The notes beneath the pieces were generated by a model, which saw only the letters and a program-made list of their open reading frames with translations, made no database searches and was not told the origin of the DNA. A program made the position numbers and the translations under genes. Of a stretch of 64,000 nt of DNA, positions 25,440 to 34,204 are shown piece after piece. This DNA is from a virus. Taxonomy: Duplodnaviria > Heunggongvirae > Uroviricota > Caudoviricetes. The stretch is taken from positions 3,162-67,161 of IMG/VR virus record IMGVR_UViG_3300014205_000184; one strand, written 5' to 3'. The first letter of the stretch is position 1. Every line of letters begins with the position of its first letter.

Positions 25440-25654
25440 TACTTGATACATCGGAATATTTTACAACAAAGGAGTTACAGAAATACTTAAAAGAAAATAT
25501 AGGTAAATCATTTAATAGGTTCTATATCTATAAACTTAAAGCGTTAGGGGTGCTAACATCTAAAAAAGTTGGTCATCAGAACTTTTACCCCAGAAGTACT
25601 GTAATAGACTTTATTAGAAACAGAGAAGCAAAAAAAGCGGGATGCAATGCATAG
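25436..25654 (+). CDS. Excisionase/MerR-like HTH DNA-binding protein
   Basis: ATGA coupling. 72 aa. The sequence TTKELQKYLKENIGKSFNRFYIYKLKALGVL matches an Xis-type HTH pattern. Confidence 0.4.
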   Translation: MILDTSEYFTTKELQKYLKENIGKSFNRFYIYKLKALGVLTSKKVGHQNFYPRSTVIDFIRNREAKKAGCNA

Positions 25655-26624
25655 GAATGTATATAAGAGGTCAAGGCTGTGTGAGTTAGACTTTCCGTAT
25701 GACCCATTAACACTTGAATTTTATGAGTTTCAAAAAATATGTTTTGGTGATGTAACTTATACAAAAACATTTTTATGGGATACCCATAACTTTCACAGAA
25801 TTTGTGGGGGGAAGAAGTTTCTAGATATTACCAAAGATGATGTGATTAAGTATAAAAACTTTCTAGAATCGTCAAATCCAAATGGACGAGTATCTAATAG
25901 ATTGCGTAATTACTATAAGGTAAGAGCATTTTTTATATGGTTGAGAAACGAGAAGCAATACCCAATATCAGATGAGGTTGTAGATGAGTTCGTGAAAAGA
26001 GAAGAGTATACTAGACCACCAACTAATAAGTATTATAAAGACATAAGAAGACAAAAGAAGATTGTTGATTTAGGGCAAGTAAACGAAAAAGCTAGTGCGT
26101 TATGGTATTTAATCTTTTCTACAGGGTTACATTTTAAAGAGATTGTTCAGATTAAAAGAGAACATTTACAGTTGGAGCATTGTAGAATACTCACATTTTC
26201 AAGTAAAGGCGAAAAGAAACTCAGATTTATATTACCTGAATGTCGGGATGCGATAAGATTGTATTTACTTAAAGAAACAGTGAATAGTGAGTATCTTTTC
26301 CATGACGCTAACGGTAACAAATCACCATATCATATACTTAAAGATGCGTTTGATACCGTGGTGAGAAAATCAGATAGTAAGTTTTGTATTACAAGCCAAA
26401 AATTCAGAGAAATAGTCACGGTATTATTTTTAAAGAGTGGTATGGATTTAATGTGGGCTAAATATCTTCTGGGGGTTAGTCTAAAGAAAATTCTTCAACT
26501 AAGAAATGCATCGGATTTTAAGATAAGCCCGAGTAGAGAGTATACAAAGTATATAGGAATGCTGTATCAAACGCAACTTTATAAAAAGGTAAAACATGAC
26601 AGACCAGAGACCAAAAACATTTGA
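25647..26624 (+). CDS. Tyrosine-recombinase (phage integrase family)-like protein with degenerate catalytic motifs
   Basis: N-terminal SAM-like domain. The core LWYLIFSTGLHFKEIVQIKREHL...KLRFILPE and the C-terminal LLGVSL...SREYTKY follow the integrase boxes. The catalytic R/H positions are substituted (GLH, QKFRE). Confidence 0.45.
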   Translation: MHRNVYKRSRLCELDFPYDPLTLEFYEFQKICFGDVTYTKTFLWDTHNFHRICGGKKFLDITKDDVIKYKNFLESSNPNGRVSNRLRNYYKVRAFFIWLRNEKQYPISDEVVDEFVKREEYTRPPTNKYYKDIRRQKKIVDLGQVNEKASALWYLIFSTGLHFKEIVQIKREHLQLEHCRILTFSSKGEKKLRFILPECRDAIRLYLLKETVNSEYLFHDANGNKSPYHILKDAFDTVVRKSDSKFCITSQKFREIVTVLFLKSGMDLMWAKYLLGVSLKKILQLRNASDFKISPSREYTKYIGMLYQTQLYKKVKHDRPETKNI

Positions 26625-27573
26625 TGATTTTATAACAAAATCAAATGAGCAGGCTGTTAAAATTTTACGGGATACCGTGAATGCGTGTAAGATAAAACAA
26701 GTTCCATTACCACATATTTTAATATTTGGACCAGCGGGAACAGGGAAGACAACGTTAGCGAATATATGCGCTAATGAAATAGGGAATGTAAGTTTCATAG
26801 ACACGATAGGTTCAGAGTTTAGAAACCAAAAAGATATTATAAAATATTTAATAAAGGTTGCTTCTGAGCAAGACCATGATAAGCGAGTAATATTTTTTAT
26901 AGATGAGGTGCACGATTTAGGTAAAGGGAATATTCAAGAAACGCTGTGGTATCCTGTACTTGAAGATTTTAAGTTTCATCATAATCTAAAAGGTGAGCTT
27001 ATAGATGATTGGTTGATACAAAGTAATATTTTAAAGCTTGAACCATTTACGATAATAGGTGCTACAACAGACCCAGCTTTATTAAAACCTTCTATGCGTG
27101 ACAGATTTCTTGTTCAATGCACATTAAGGGCGTATAGTACTGATGACCTATTTAAAGTTATTAGATTTACGGTAAGTCAACGAGGGTTTAATATTACAGA
27201 TAAAGCCGCTATAACAATAGCGCAGTGTTGCAGAGGTAACCCTAGAATAGGTGTTAACTTGGTGTTAGCTTGTGATAATAAAAGAGTTGTGCAGAGCGGG
27301 AAGATTATCACTAAGGAGATAGTTGAGTGTGTGTTGCATGACTTAAAGATAGATAAGAATGGTCTTAATCAAAATGATTTAGTTATACTTAGAACACTTA
27401 AAAACTCTCCAAAAGGTGTAGGTATAAGCACATTAGCTGGGATTGTGAATTTAGATAGAATAACACTTAGCGATATGCACTTAGACTATTTAGGAAGGAT
27501 GGGGTTACTTATAACTACGCATAGAAGATTTATAACAGATAAAGGAATAAAGTATTTAAGGAGTAAGAGATGA
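26596..27573 (+). CDS. ruvB: RuvB-like AAA+ Holliday-junction branch-migration ATPase
   Basis: Carries RPKTFDDFI, Walker A LIFGPAGTGKTTLANICANE, Walker B IFFIDEVHDL, sensor TIIGATTDPALLKPSMRDRF, and a winged-helix tail GNPRIGVNLV. Confidence 0.7.
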   Translation: MTDQRPKTFDDFITKSNEQAVKILRDTVNACKIKQVPLPHILIFGPAGTGKTTLANICANEIGNVSFIDTIGSEFRNQKDIIKYLIKVASEQDHDKRVIFFIDEVHDLGKGNIQETLWYPVLEDFKFHHNLKGELIDDWLIQSNILKLEPFTIIGATTDPALLKPSMRDRFLVQCTLRAYSTDDLFKVIRFTVSQRGFNITDKAAITIAQCCRGNPRIGVNLVLACDNKRVVQSGKIITKEIVECVLHDLKIDKNGLNQNDLVILRTLKNSPKGVGISTLAGIVNLDRITLSDMHLDYLGRMGLLITTHRRFITDKGIKYLRSKR

Positions 27574-27737
27574 ACATTAAGATTAGAGGTATGTGGTTAC
27601 CTTTGCTAGTAACGCTGTTAATTTGGGTGTTAGGGTTTATTCTAACAGTAAAGTTAATTGGTGGAGTTAAAATATATAAACCGATAAAACACTTTTGTAT
27701 GGAAGAAGTTAATTGCAATATTAAAACTGTTCAGTGA
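27570..27737 (+). CDS. Hypothetical small membrane protein
   Basis: ATGA coupling. Hydrophobic core MWLPLLVTLLIWVLGFILTV. Confidence 0.4.
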   Translation: MNIKIRGMWLPLLVTLLIWVLGFILTVKLIGGVKIYKPIKHFCMEEVNCNIKTVQ

Positions 27738-27750
27738 AAGGATAAACATA

Positions 27751-28323
27751 ATGGCTGTGCTTTCTTTTGGGAATAGAAAATTACCTAAAGATATAGCGAT
27801 ATTCAATTTACCTAGGTTAATTACATGTACGGACTCAACTGAATTATGCAGGAAAGTGTGCTACGCCAAAAAAGCCGAAAGAGAATGTTTTCCGGCATGT
27901 AAACCACAAAGAATGAGGAACTTATTTCTTAGCTATCGGCATGACTTCGTAGAGTCCATGATAAAAGAAATAAGTGGTAGTGGAAGAAAAAAAGTCAGAA
28001 TACATGAAAGTGGGGATTTTTATAATCAAGAGTATTTAGAAAAGTGGTTTAAGATTATAAGAGCGTTACCAGATGTAATATTCGTAGCGTATACAAAATC
28101 AGTTTTAGAATATAAAAATAAACCCAATAATATGATTTTATTCTTTAGTGCAGATAATTCAACGATGTTATGGAACATGATGTGGTATAAAGAGAATAAA
28201 TATAAGAACGCTATGGCGTATATTGACATGGAAATGGGTGAACATTGCCCCGGTAGTTGTAAAACATGTGATAGATGTTATCATAAAGAAACAGCGGTTG
28301 ACACAGTATTTAAACAGCATTAA
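27751..28323 (+). CDS. DUF5131 (phage Gp37/Gp68 family)-like protein
   Basis: Carries CTDSTELCRKVCYA (the C...C...CYA motif) plus KVRIHESGDFYNQEYLEKWFKIIRALPDVIFVAYTKS, which matches the family core. Confidence 0.5.
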   Translation: MAVLSFGNRKLPKDIAIFNLPRLITCTDSTELCRKVCYAKKAERECFPACKPQRMRNLFLSYRHDFVESMIKEISGSGRKKVRIHESGDFYNQEYLEKWFKIIRALPDVIFVAYTKSVLEYKNKPNNMILFFSADNSTMLWNMMWYKENKYKNAMAYIDMEMGEHCPGSCKTCDRCYHKETAVDTVFKQH

Positions 28324-28337
28324 ACTAAAGGAGATTT

Positions 28338-29042
28338 ATGTTTAAGAAGTTAATACAAAAGTTACGCAATAGAAGTAAGTATGCTTTTAAGTCTGGGTGG
28401 GGGAATGTAGCTACCCCATTATCGCAATTAGCAGTAGATATTTCCAGTCCAGGCCCTAATCAAATAATACAATGGAGTAATGGAACTGTTGGATTTTCAC
28501 CCGATATGCCATTAGATAATCGTATAGATAAAAAACCCGTTGAAGTTTATCGTGAGATTGTATCTGAAATACCAAAGATAAATCTATCCGATTTAGATGG
28601 ACAGATTAAACTAGTTCGTAAACGGCTTAACATGTTCAGTGAATTGGGATTAAGTGCTGGTGATGAAAAGGAGGCGTTAATATATCTTAATGCTAGAAAA
28701 AAATTAAGTAAAGTTGTCACTAAGTTTGCGTGGGCGACAACTAACCAAAAATTAATTGAGAGATTATGTTCAATATATAAACTTCGCATTGTGATTTTTG
28801 ATAGTTATTACAAGAATGTTCCAATGGAAGCTGTTGATGAACTTGAGAAATTTCTAGATGCATGGGTTTTAGTGCGAAAAGATAAACCACAATTTAAGCT
28901 CATTATAGATGAAGGTGGAAAAGAAACAAAGAAAGACCCGATATTATTAGCTCCATCACCATTTGGAAAATGGTATTATATATTAGGGGCGTGGGATAAG
29001 GAAGTTGAAATAGTCGATGATTTAATATATAACGGTAAATAA
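28338..29042 (+). CDS. Hypothetical protein
   Basis: RBS AAAGGAGAT. 234 aa. Confidence 0.55.
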   Translation: MFKKLIQKLRNRSKYAFKSGWGNVATPLSQLAVDISSPGPNQIIQWSNGTVGFSPDMPLDNRIDKKPVEVYREIVSEIPKINLSDLDGQIKLVRKRLNMFSELGLSAGDEKEALIYLNARKKLSKVVTKFAWATTNQKLIERLCSIYKLRIVIFDSYYKNVPMEAVDELEKFLDAWVLVRKDKPQFKLIIDEGGKETKKDPILLAPSPFGKWYYILGAWDKEVEIVDDLIYNGK

Positions 29043-29100
29043 GGAGTCTACATTATGAATCGCATATTAGGAGGGAAATTTGTGATGACCAGAGGTGAAA

Positions 29101-29670
29101 AATGAATTATTTTTTCACATCTGACCATCACCTCTGATTGGGCACTACAATATAATCCGGTACTGTAATCGTCCATTTAAAGATTTAGAGCATATGAACT
29201 CGGAGATTATACGTAGACACAATGAACGTGTAAAACCAGAAGATATCGTATACTTCTTAGGTGATTTTTGTTTTCGTTCTAAATCGGAACGAGGCGAAGG
29301 TGACCAGTATAAAGCTGATTACTATTTAAAACATCTTAACGGTAAATTTATCTTTATACAAGGTAACCACGATAGAAACAATACTGTTAAGACTAATATA
29401 ATGAAACTGGTTATACATCATGCAGGATACGATATCTGTCTTTTACATAACCCAGAATATGCAGATATGAGATATAATATTAACTTTGTTGGGCATGTAC
29501 ATGAAAAATGGATGTGTAAAAGAGTAAGAAGCGGAGAAACGTTTACTGATTTAATTAATGTAGGATGTGATGTGCATAACTTTTATCCTCAAACATTTGA
29601 AGATTTAATGGGGAAGTATCATCAATGGAGGAGAAATGAAGACAAGAAAATACTCAATAAAACCAACTAA
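29101..29670 (+). CDS. Calcineurin-like metallophosphoesterase interrupted by an in-frame TGA at 29134-29136 (possible pseudogene, recoding, or a sequencing error)
   Basis: MNYFFTSDHHL-[TGA]-IGHYNIIRYCNRPFKDLEHMNSEIIRRHNERVKPEDIVYFLGDF...GNHD...GHVHE. The conserved N-terminal DxH motif lies upstream of the stop in the same frame. Confidence 0.5.
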
Positions 29671-29887
29671 GAAGCAACTTGCTATAATTAAAGCATATTG
29701 GGAAGCGTTGAAAACATATGAAGATATGTTTATGATAAAAGTTAATCATTTATCAGATGAAATGTCGAAAGATGCTAGGATTAAAGGATTGATTTTTTTT
29801 AAAACAGATGGGTGTTTTGCAGGAGTTGGCAATGAAAAAAGAACAATGAAACTTATAAATTCTTGGGAATTATCGGAGAGGGGATAA
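29636..29887 (+). CDS. Hypothetical protein
   Basis: 83 aa. Overlaps the upstream gene's end. Confidence 0.45.
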   Translation: MKTRKYSIKPTKKQLAIIKAYWEALKTYEDMFMIKVNHLSDEMSKDARIKGLIFFKTDGCFAGVGNEKRTMKLINSWELSERG

Positions 29888-29888
29888 T

Positions 29889-30161
29889 ATGAAATGGAAA
29901 GCAACGATAGAGAAGACGGGTAATGGCTATATTTTAACAACTAGCGAAGGTAAAGAGTCTAATATACTGGTGTTTAATGAACCTGACGCTAATGATGAAA
30001 CTAATCGTGACCACTTTATAAGTGTATTGTATGAGCTTATAGATTATTTCAGTGAGGGCGGTCAAAAATATGACAAGCGAAGAGTTAAGGTGTGCTATAC
30101 TGTAGGCGATGGGCACGAGTTAAAAGATGCTTCAAAAGATGTAAAGTTTGATGTAATATAA
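29889..30161 (+). CDS. Hypothetical protein
   Basis: TAATATG coupling. 90 aa. Confidence 0.5.
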   Translation: MKWKATIEKTGNGYILTTSEGKESNILVFNEPDANDETNRDHFISVLYELIDYFSEGGQKYDKRRVKVCYTVGDGHELKDASKDVKFDVI

Positions 30162-30171
30162 AGGAGGAATT

Positions 30172-30552
30172 ATGTATCATAGAGAGTTTATTAAAGCTAG
30201 AAATATTAACGGTAAACAGTATAGAGATGAGAAAAGCGGTAATTTAGTTGAGTATTGTTCTCATAGTTATATGCTAAAACCACAATGGGTTGATATTACA
30301 GAAATGCATGAAGAATTTATTCCGCAAAATAAGAAAGCATTTGATGGTTTTGTGGGGATATGTGTATTTTGTGGAGATATAACTCATATTCAACCAGAAA
30401 ATGTTTTATCAGAAGAGAGATATGAGAAAGAACTTAATAGATTAGTTTTGGAGATTAGTACAGAAGAGCAAAAATTTAAAGAGGATAAAAATGCGAGACC
30501 AAAAAAGAATAAAAAGAATATTAAGTCTAGTAAAAATAGTGTGGGAGCGTAA
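30172..30552 (+). CDS. Hypothetical protein
   Basis: RBS AAGGAGGAA. 126 aa. Confidence 0.55.
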   Translation: MYHREFIKARNINGKQYRDEKSGNLVEYCSHSYMLKPQWVDITEMHEEFIPQNKKAFDGFVGICVFCGDITHIQPENVLSEERYEKELNRLVLEISTEEQKFKEDKNARPKKNKKNIKSSKNSVGA

Positions 30553-30691
30553 CCCCGATTTAAGACTTATGCAAATACTGGGTAATTTATTCGGGCCCAA
30601 TTCACCTGATAATTACTATAAAGAAGATGAAGAATTGGAGTTCTTACTTAGAAGTGTATATATAAAAGAGATAAACGAAGAAAAGAGGTAA
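30491..30691 (+). CDS. Hypothetical small protein (start uncertain; possibly GTG at 30539)
   Basis: The ORF overlaps the 3' end of the upstream gene. Its real start is probably internal. Confidence 0.3.
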   Translation: MRDQKRIKRILSLVKIVWERNPDLRLMQILGNLFGPNSPDNYYKEDEELEFLLRSVYIKEINEEKR

Positions 30692-30693
30692 AT

Positions 30694-30861
30694 ATGTGGC
30701 AAAAAGTACCAGGAGAACCAAGATGTTTTCTTACTGAAAGGTTATCAGTTCCAGGTGGTTGGATTGTGCGTTCTTCATTTGTTGACCCGAGAGATTCATT
30801 TGCGGATAGCTGTGTACATCAAATATTTATAGAAGATAAAGAGCATGATTGGGTTATTTAA
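30694..30861 (+). CDS. Hypothetical small protein
   Basis: TAAATATG coupling. 55 aa. Confidence 0.4.
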   Translation: MWQKVPGEPRCFLTERLSVPGGWIVRSSFVDPRDSFADSCVHQIFIEDKEHDWVI

Positions 30862-30876
30862 AAAATAATAGTAGAG

Positions 30877-31326
30877 GTGATTATGTGTTTCAGCAAAGGA
30901 AGAATAAATAATAAAGAGAAACAAGCTGTAGCGGGTAATTGGGGACATCCTGGAAAATTTACTAAACAACATACTAAAATAAGTGACCCTCTTATACCAG
31001 AAAAAGATATGAGTGGTCGTGCGATTAAGAAGAAAAAGAAACAGAGAAGAGTATATAAATCTCCATATGAACACTGCCCATTTTGTGAAACAGAATTACC
31101 AATAGATGAAAAGAAACTTGAAGAAGATAGAATAAAATTTGGGAAAATGTATTATAGAATGTATATACCATCTTTTGGGTACCGAGCAAAAGAATGCCCA
31201 AATTGTAAAGCGAAAGAAGTAATTGAATGCCCGGCATGTAAACGACATACATGGATGAATTTAGAAGGAACATATAAACACATGGGGTTAGGTTGTGGGT
31301 TTAACGGCAAAAGAAAATATAATTGA
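30877..31326 (+). CDS. Hypothetical zinc-ribbon protein
   Basis: Carries CPFCE...CPNC...CPACK. Confidence 0.5.
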   Translation: MIMCFSKGRINNKEKQAVAGNWGHPGKFTKQHTKISDPLIPEKDMSGRAIKKKKKQRRVYKSPYEHCPFCETELPIDEKKLEEDRIKFGKMYYRMYIPSFGYRAKECPNCKAKEVIECPACKRHTWMNLEGTYKHMGLGCGFNGKRKYN

Positions 31327-31442
31327 GAGGGGGGGAGTTGTGGTAAGACTAGTGATTCTAGGGGACTTGATTATCGTAGTGTTTATTTTATGGCTAGCGG
31401 TTTGTGCGTATAAATGGTTAATAAAACGAAAGGGAAAGTAAA

Positions 31443-32579
31443 ATGAGAGATGAAGATTCAAGCGTAAAAGGTATTGTGATTCTAGTAGGTATTGTTTGTG
31501 CGATTGTGCTTTGTTGTGTATTGTTATTTGGTGGATTTTTTGCTTTTGTTTCATTAAAAGGTAATGAAGTCGCAGTTGTTCAGAATTGGCAAGGTGTTAA
31601 AAATGAAATTCTCGTTTCCGGAATGCACTTCTATAATAACTTTATAGATGATGTATTTGTGTATGACATAGGAACGCAGAAAATTACATTTGATGAAATG
31701 AACACAAAATCAGTAGACTATAATCCTGATGCAGAATACCCACGTATACTTATGGATATAGGTGAAAATGGTGGTCAGAAAGTTACTGTTGGGATGTCTG
31801 TAAATTATCATCTTAACCCTGCTAAAATAGTTACGTTGCATAAGCAGGGTATTGGCAAGACGTATGAATCAGTTGTTCTTAAGAGAGAAATAATAGATGT
31901 GGTTAACGAAATTGCACGTCCTCGTAATGCATTAGAGATATACTCTGGGTCTGGATTTGTGAAATTTAAAATGGATGTTGAAAAAGCTCTTGAAAGCAAC
32001 CCTGTTCTTAAAGACAGAGGACTTGAAATAGAGAATACGATTATCTACAAAATTCATTTAGACCCACAGTATGAAAATGAAATAGCGCAGAAACAGATAG
32101 CACAGCAACAGGCTTTGAGAAAACAGGAAGAAACAAAAGCGGCGCAAGAAGAAGCTAAGAAGATATTTGCGCAAGGACAGTCAGTTGTTGAGAAAGCTAG
32201 ACAGGAAGCAGAAGCGTCTAAGGTATCACAAATAACTAACGCTGAGGCTAATGCAAGACAAGAAGTTCTTAAAGCGGAAGCTGAAAAAGCAAAGCGAGTG
32301 CTTGAAGCTGAAGGTAATAGAGATGCTAATTTAGCAAATGCTTCAGGTGTTCTTGCTTTAGGAAAAGCGGAAGCAGAAGTAGCTACATTAAAACGTGATG
32401 CTTTATACGCCGGTGAATCTGGGTCACGTAAAGCATCAGTTGAAATAGCTGGGTTGCAAGCTGAGAAGTTAAAAGGTATGTTGAATGGGTGTAGCGTAAT
32501 TTCAGAAAAAGCGTTGTATAATATGGGTAAAGCTACGGGTATGTATACCGTAAGTGTTGATGATAAGAAAACAGAATAA
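31443..32579 (+). CDS. SPFH/band-7 (stomatin/prohibitin/HflKC-like) membrane protein with a long C-terminal coiled coil
   Basis: N-terminal TM IVILVGIVCAIVLCCVLLFGGFFAF. The SPFH core is GNEVAVVQNWQGVKNEILVSGMHFYNNFIDDVFVYD. An Ala/Glu/Lys-rich coiled coil follows. Confidence 0.6.
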   Translation: MRDEDSSVKGIVILVGIVCAIVLCCVLLFGGFFAFVSLKGNEVAVVQNWQGVKNEILVSGMHFYNNFIDDVFVYDIGTQKITFDEMNTKSVDYNPDAEYPRILMDIGENGGQKVTVGMSVNYHLNPAKIVTLHKQGIGKTYESVVLKREIIDVVNEIARPRNALEIYSGSGFVKFKMDVEKALESNPVLKDRGLEIENTIIYKIHLDPQYENEIAQKQIAQQQALRKQEETKAAQEEAKKIFAQGQSVVEKARQEAEASKVSQITNAEANARQEVLKAEAEKAKRVLEAEGNRDANLANASGVLALGKAEAEVATLKRDALYAGESGSRKASVEIAGLQAEKLKGMLNGCSVISEKALYNMGKATGMYTVSVDDKKTE

Positions 32580-32589
32580 ATAATTTATA

Positions 32590-32825
32590 GTAGTTGTGGC
32601 GTTGCATGGTGAAAACGCTGAGTTTTCGTATTTTCAATTGTATAGACAGCGTGTGTGTAGGCTGACAATCACCGATAACACAAGCAGGGCGAGGGTCTTA
32701 AACATTGTGACCATTAAAACACTGCCCATATAAATCATCATATGGGGATTCATCTCAAAGATGAGCGAGAGGGTTGGGTAGCTCAAAAAACTCTATACTA
32801 AAGCAGGTTCAAATCCTGCCAACTA
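32590..32825 (+). ncRNA. tRNA-like / tmRNA-like structured RNA (paralog of the element at 5110-5359)
   Basis: T-arm GCAGG-TTCAAAT-CCTGC at 32801-32817. A perfect 7-bp acceptor joins GTAGTTG (32590-32596) to CAACTAC (32818-32824). The D-like hairpin GCGTT-gcatggtga-AACGC lies at 32599-32618. An anticodon-stem-like helix joins GAGTTTT (32620-32626) to AAAACTC (32785-32791), enclosing about 160 nt. Confidence 0.5.
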
Positions 32826-32847
32826 CTATTTTTATAAAAGGAAAAAC

Positions 32848-33540
32848 ATGAGTTTAAAAAAATCACATGGGAACATGTATGACTGGGTGACACATATGCA
32901 TAGTCATTTAGGTGGTAAATGCCCACATGAATGTTCATATTGCTATGTACAAAAGAATAGATTTGGTGTTAGTGAACGCTATCAAGGTGATGTTCGTTTT
33001 TTAGATAACGAACTTAAAGTTAATTATGGTGTTGGTAATACCATATTTATTGAACACATGAATGATATGTTCGCTAAAGAAATTAAAGATGAATGGATAA
33101 TGAAGATATTAGAGCATTGTAATAAGTATAGAAACCAATATGTGTTTCAAACAAAAAATCCAATGAGAGCGAATAAGTTTATAGACTTATTCCCTAAGAA
33201 GTATCTTTTTGGTACAACAATTGAAACTAACAGAGATGTTGATGTTAGTAAAGCCCCAAAACCAATTGATAGATATAATGGTATGATGTCTTATAAACAT
33301 AAAACAGATACGTTTATAACACTAGAGCCTATATTGGACTTTGATGTAGATATTTTGTCAAAGTGGATTATAGATATAAAACCATTATTTATCAATATTG
33401 GAGCTGACAGCAAGAAATGTGGGTTAAAAGAACCTTCTGCGGATAAGATAAAAGAATTAGTTAATATCTTGCAGAAGAATGATATAGTAATAAAGAAAAA
33501 GGTTAATTTAGAAAGGATATATGAAAATACTTCAGACTAG
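32848..33540 (+). CDS. DUF5131 (phage Gp37/Gp68 family)-like protein, second paralog, with a CxxxCxxC cluster
   Basis: Carries GGKCPHECSYCYV plus TIFIEHMNDMFAKEIKDEWIMKILEHCNKYRNQYVFQTKNP, which is collinear with the 27751 paralog. Confidence 0.5.
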   Translation: MSLKKSHGNMYDWVTHMHSHLGGKCPHECSYCYVQKNRFGVSERYQGDVRFLDNELKVNYGVGNTIFIEHMNDMFAKEIKDEWIMKILEHCNKYRNQYVFQTKNPMRANKFIDLFPKKYLFGTTIETNRDVDVSKAPKPIDRYNGMMSYKHKTDTFITLEPILDFDVDILSKWIIDIKPLFINIGADSKKCGLKEPSADKIKELVNILQKNDIVIKKKVNLERIYENTSD

Positions 33541-34204
33541 ACGTGGGATAACAGAGATTAGAAATCTATTAAATTATCTTTCAGATAAAGACGCATTTAT
33601 CTGTGGTGGGTACGTGAGATATTGCGCATCACCATTAAAGAATCCAGTTGAAGCTACTGATGTTGATGTATATTGTAAAGATGAGGAAACGTTTGAGGTT
33701 CTTAAAAAGCATTTTGCTAATGTTGGTCTTGAGATAAGATATGAGAATCACATGGCTTTAACATATAAAGCTATGAAAGATGATGGGATATATTCGTATC
33801 ATCCACCTATACAGCTTATAAAACCCGTTAAAGAGGGCGCAATAGTAGCTAACGGCGATATGGGGAGTATACTTGAGAACTTCGATTTTACAGTAATACG
33901 ATGTGGACTGATTAATGCAGATAATGCTATGGTAGATGATGATTTTGAAGAAGATGAAAAGAATAAATTCTTAAGGATTAAGAATATACATTGTCCAATA
34001 TCGTCTACGTTACGTTTCATGAAGTATGCGAGAAAAGGGTATTTCACAAGACCAATGCAAGTTGTTAAATTGTTTTTAGATTGGGATGGTAGAACACCCG
34101 AGTATCGAGCGAAATTAATTGAAGGGTTGAACACTTCGGCGAGTGGTAAAGAAATGACACGGGAAGAGATTGATGAGCTAGAAGCATTATTGAGAATAGA
34201 TTAA
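33521..34204 (+). CDS. Minimal nucleotidyltransferase (pol-beta superfamily)
   Basis: Carries FICGGYVRY...ATDVDVYC, the G[GS]-x(9-13)-D-x-[DE] motif. Confidence 0.5.
   Translation: MKILQTRRGITEIRNLLNYLSDKDAFICGGYVRYCASPLKNPVEATDVDVYCKDEETFEVLKKHFANVGLEIRYENHMALTYKAMKDDGIYSYHPPIQLIKPVKEGAIVANGDMGSILENFDFTVIRCGLINADNAMVDDDFEEDEKNKFLRIKNIHCPISSTLRFMKYARKGYFTRPMQVVKLFLDWDGRTPEYRAKLIEGLNTSASGKEMTREEIDELEALLRID

Noticed and set aside
25647-26624. A functional prophage integrase with an attP site, which would imply a temperate element.
   Set aside because: The catalytic Arg and His positions are substituted. No attP-like core could be assigned, and the surrounding genome looks lytic. It is therefore reported as a degenerate recombinase-like protein.
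29101-29200. Apparent frameshift in the metallophosphoesterase gene.
   Set aside because: Careful codon counting shows that the upstream 11 codons and the downstream ORF are in the same frame. They are separated only by TGA. The feature is therefore reported as an in-frame stop, not a frameshift.
32590-32825. Calling the tRNA-like RNAs tmRNA (ssrA).
   Set aside because: The architecture fits a tRNA-like domain split by a large insertion. However, no convincing resume codon or tag reading frame ending in Ala-Ala-stop was found in either copy. They are reported as tRNA-like or tmRNA-like without a firm family call.
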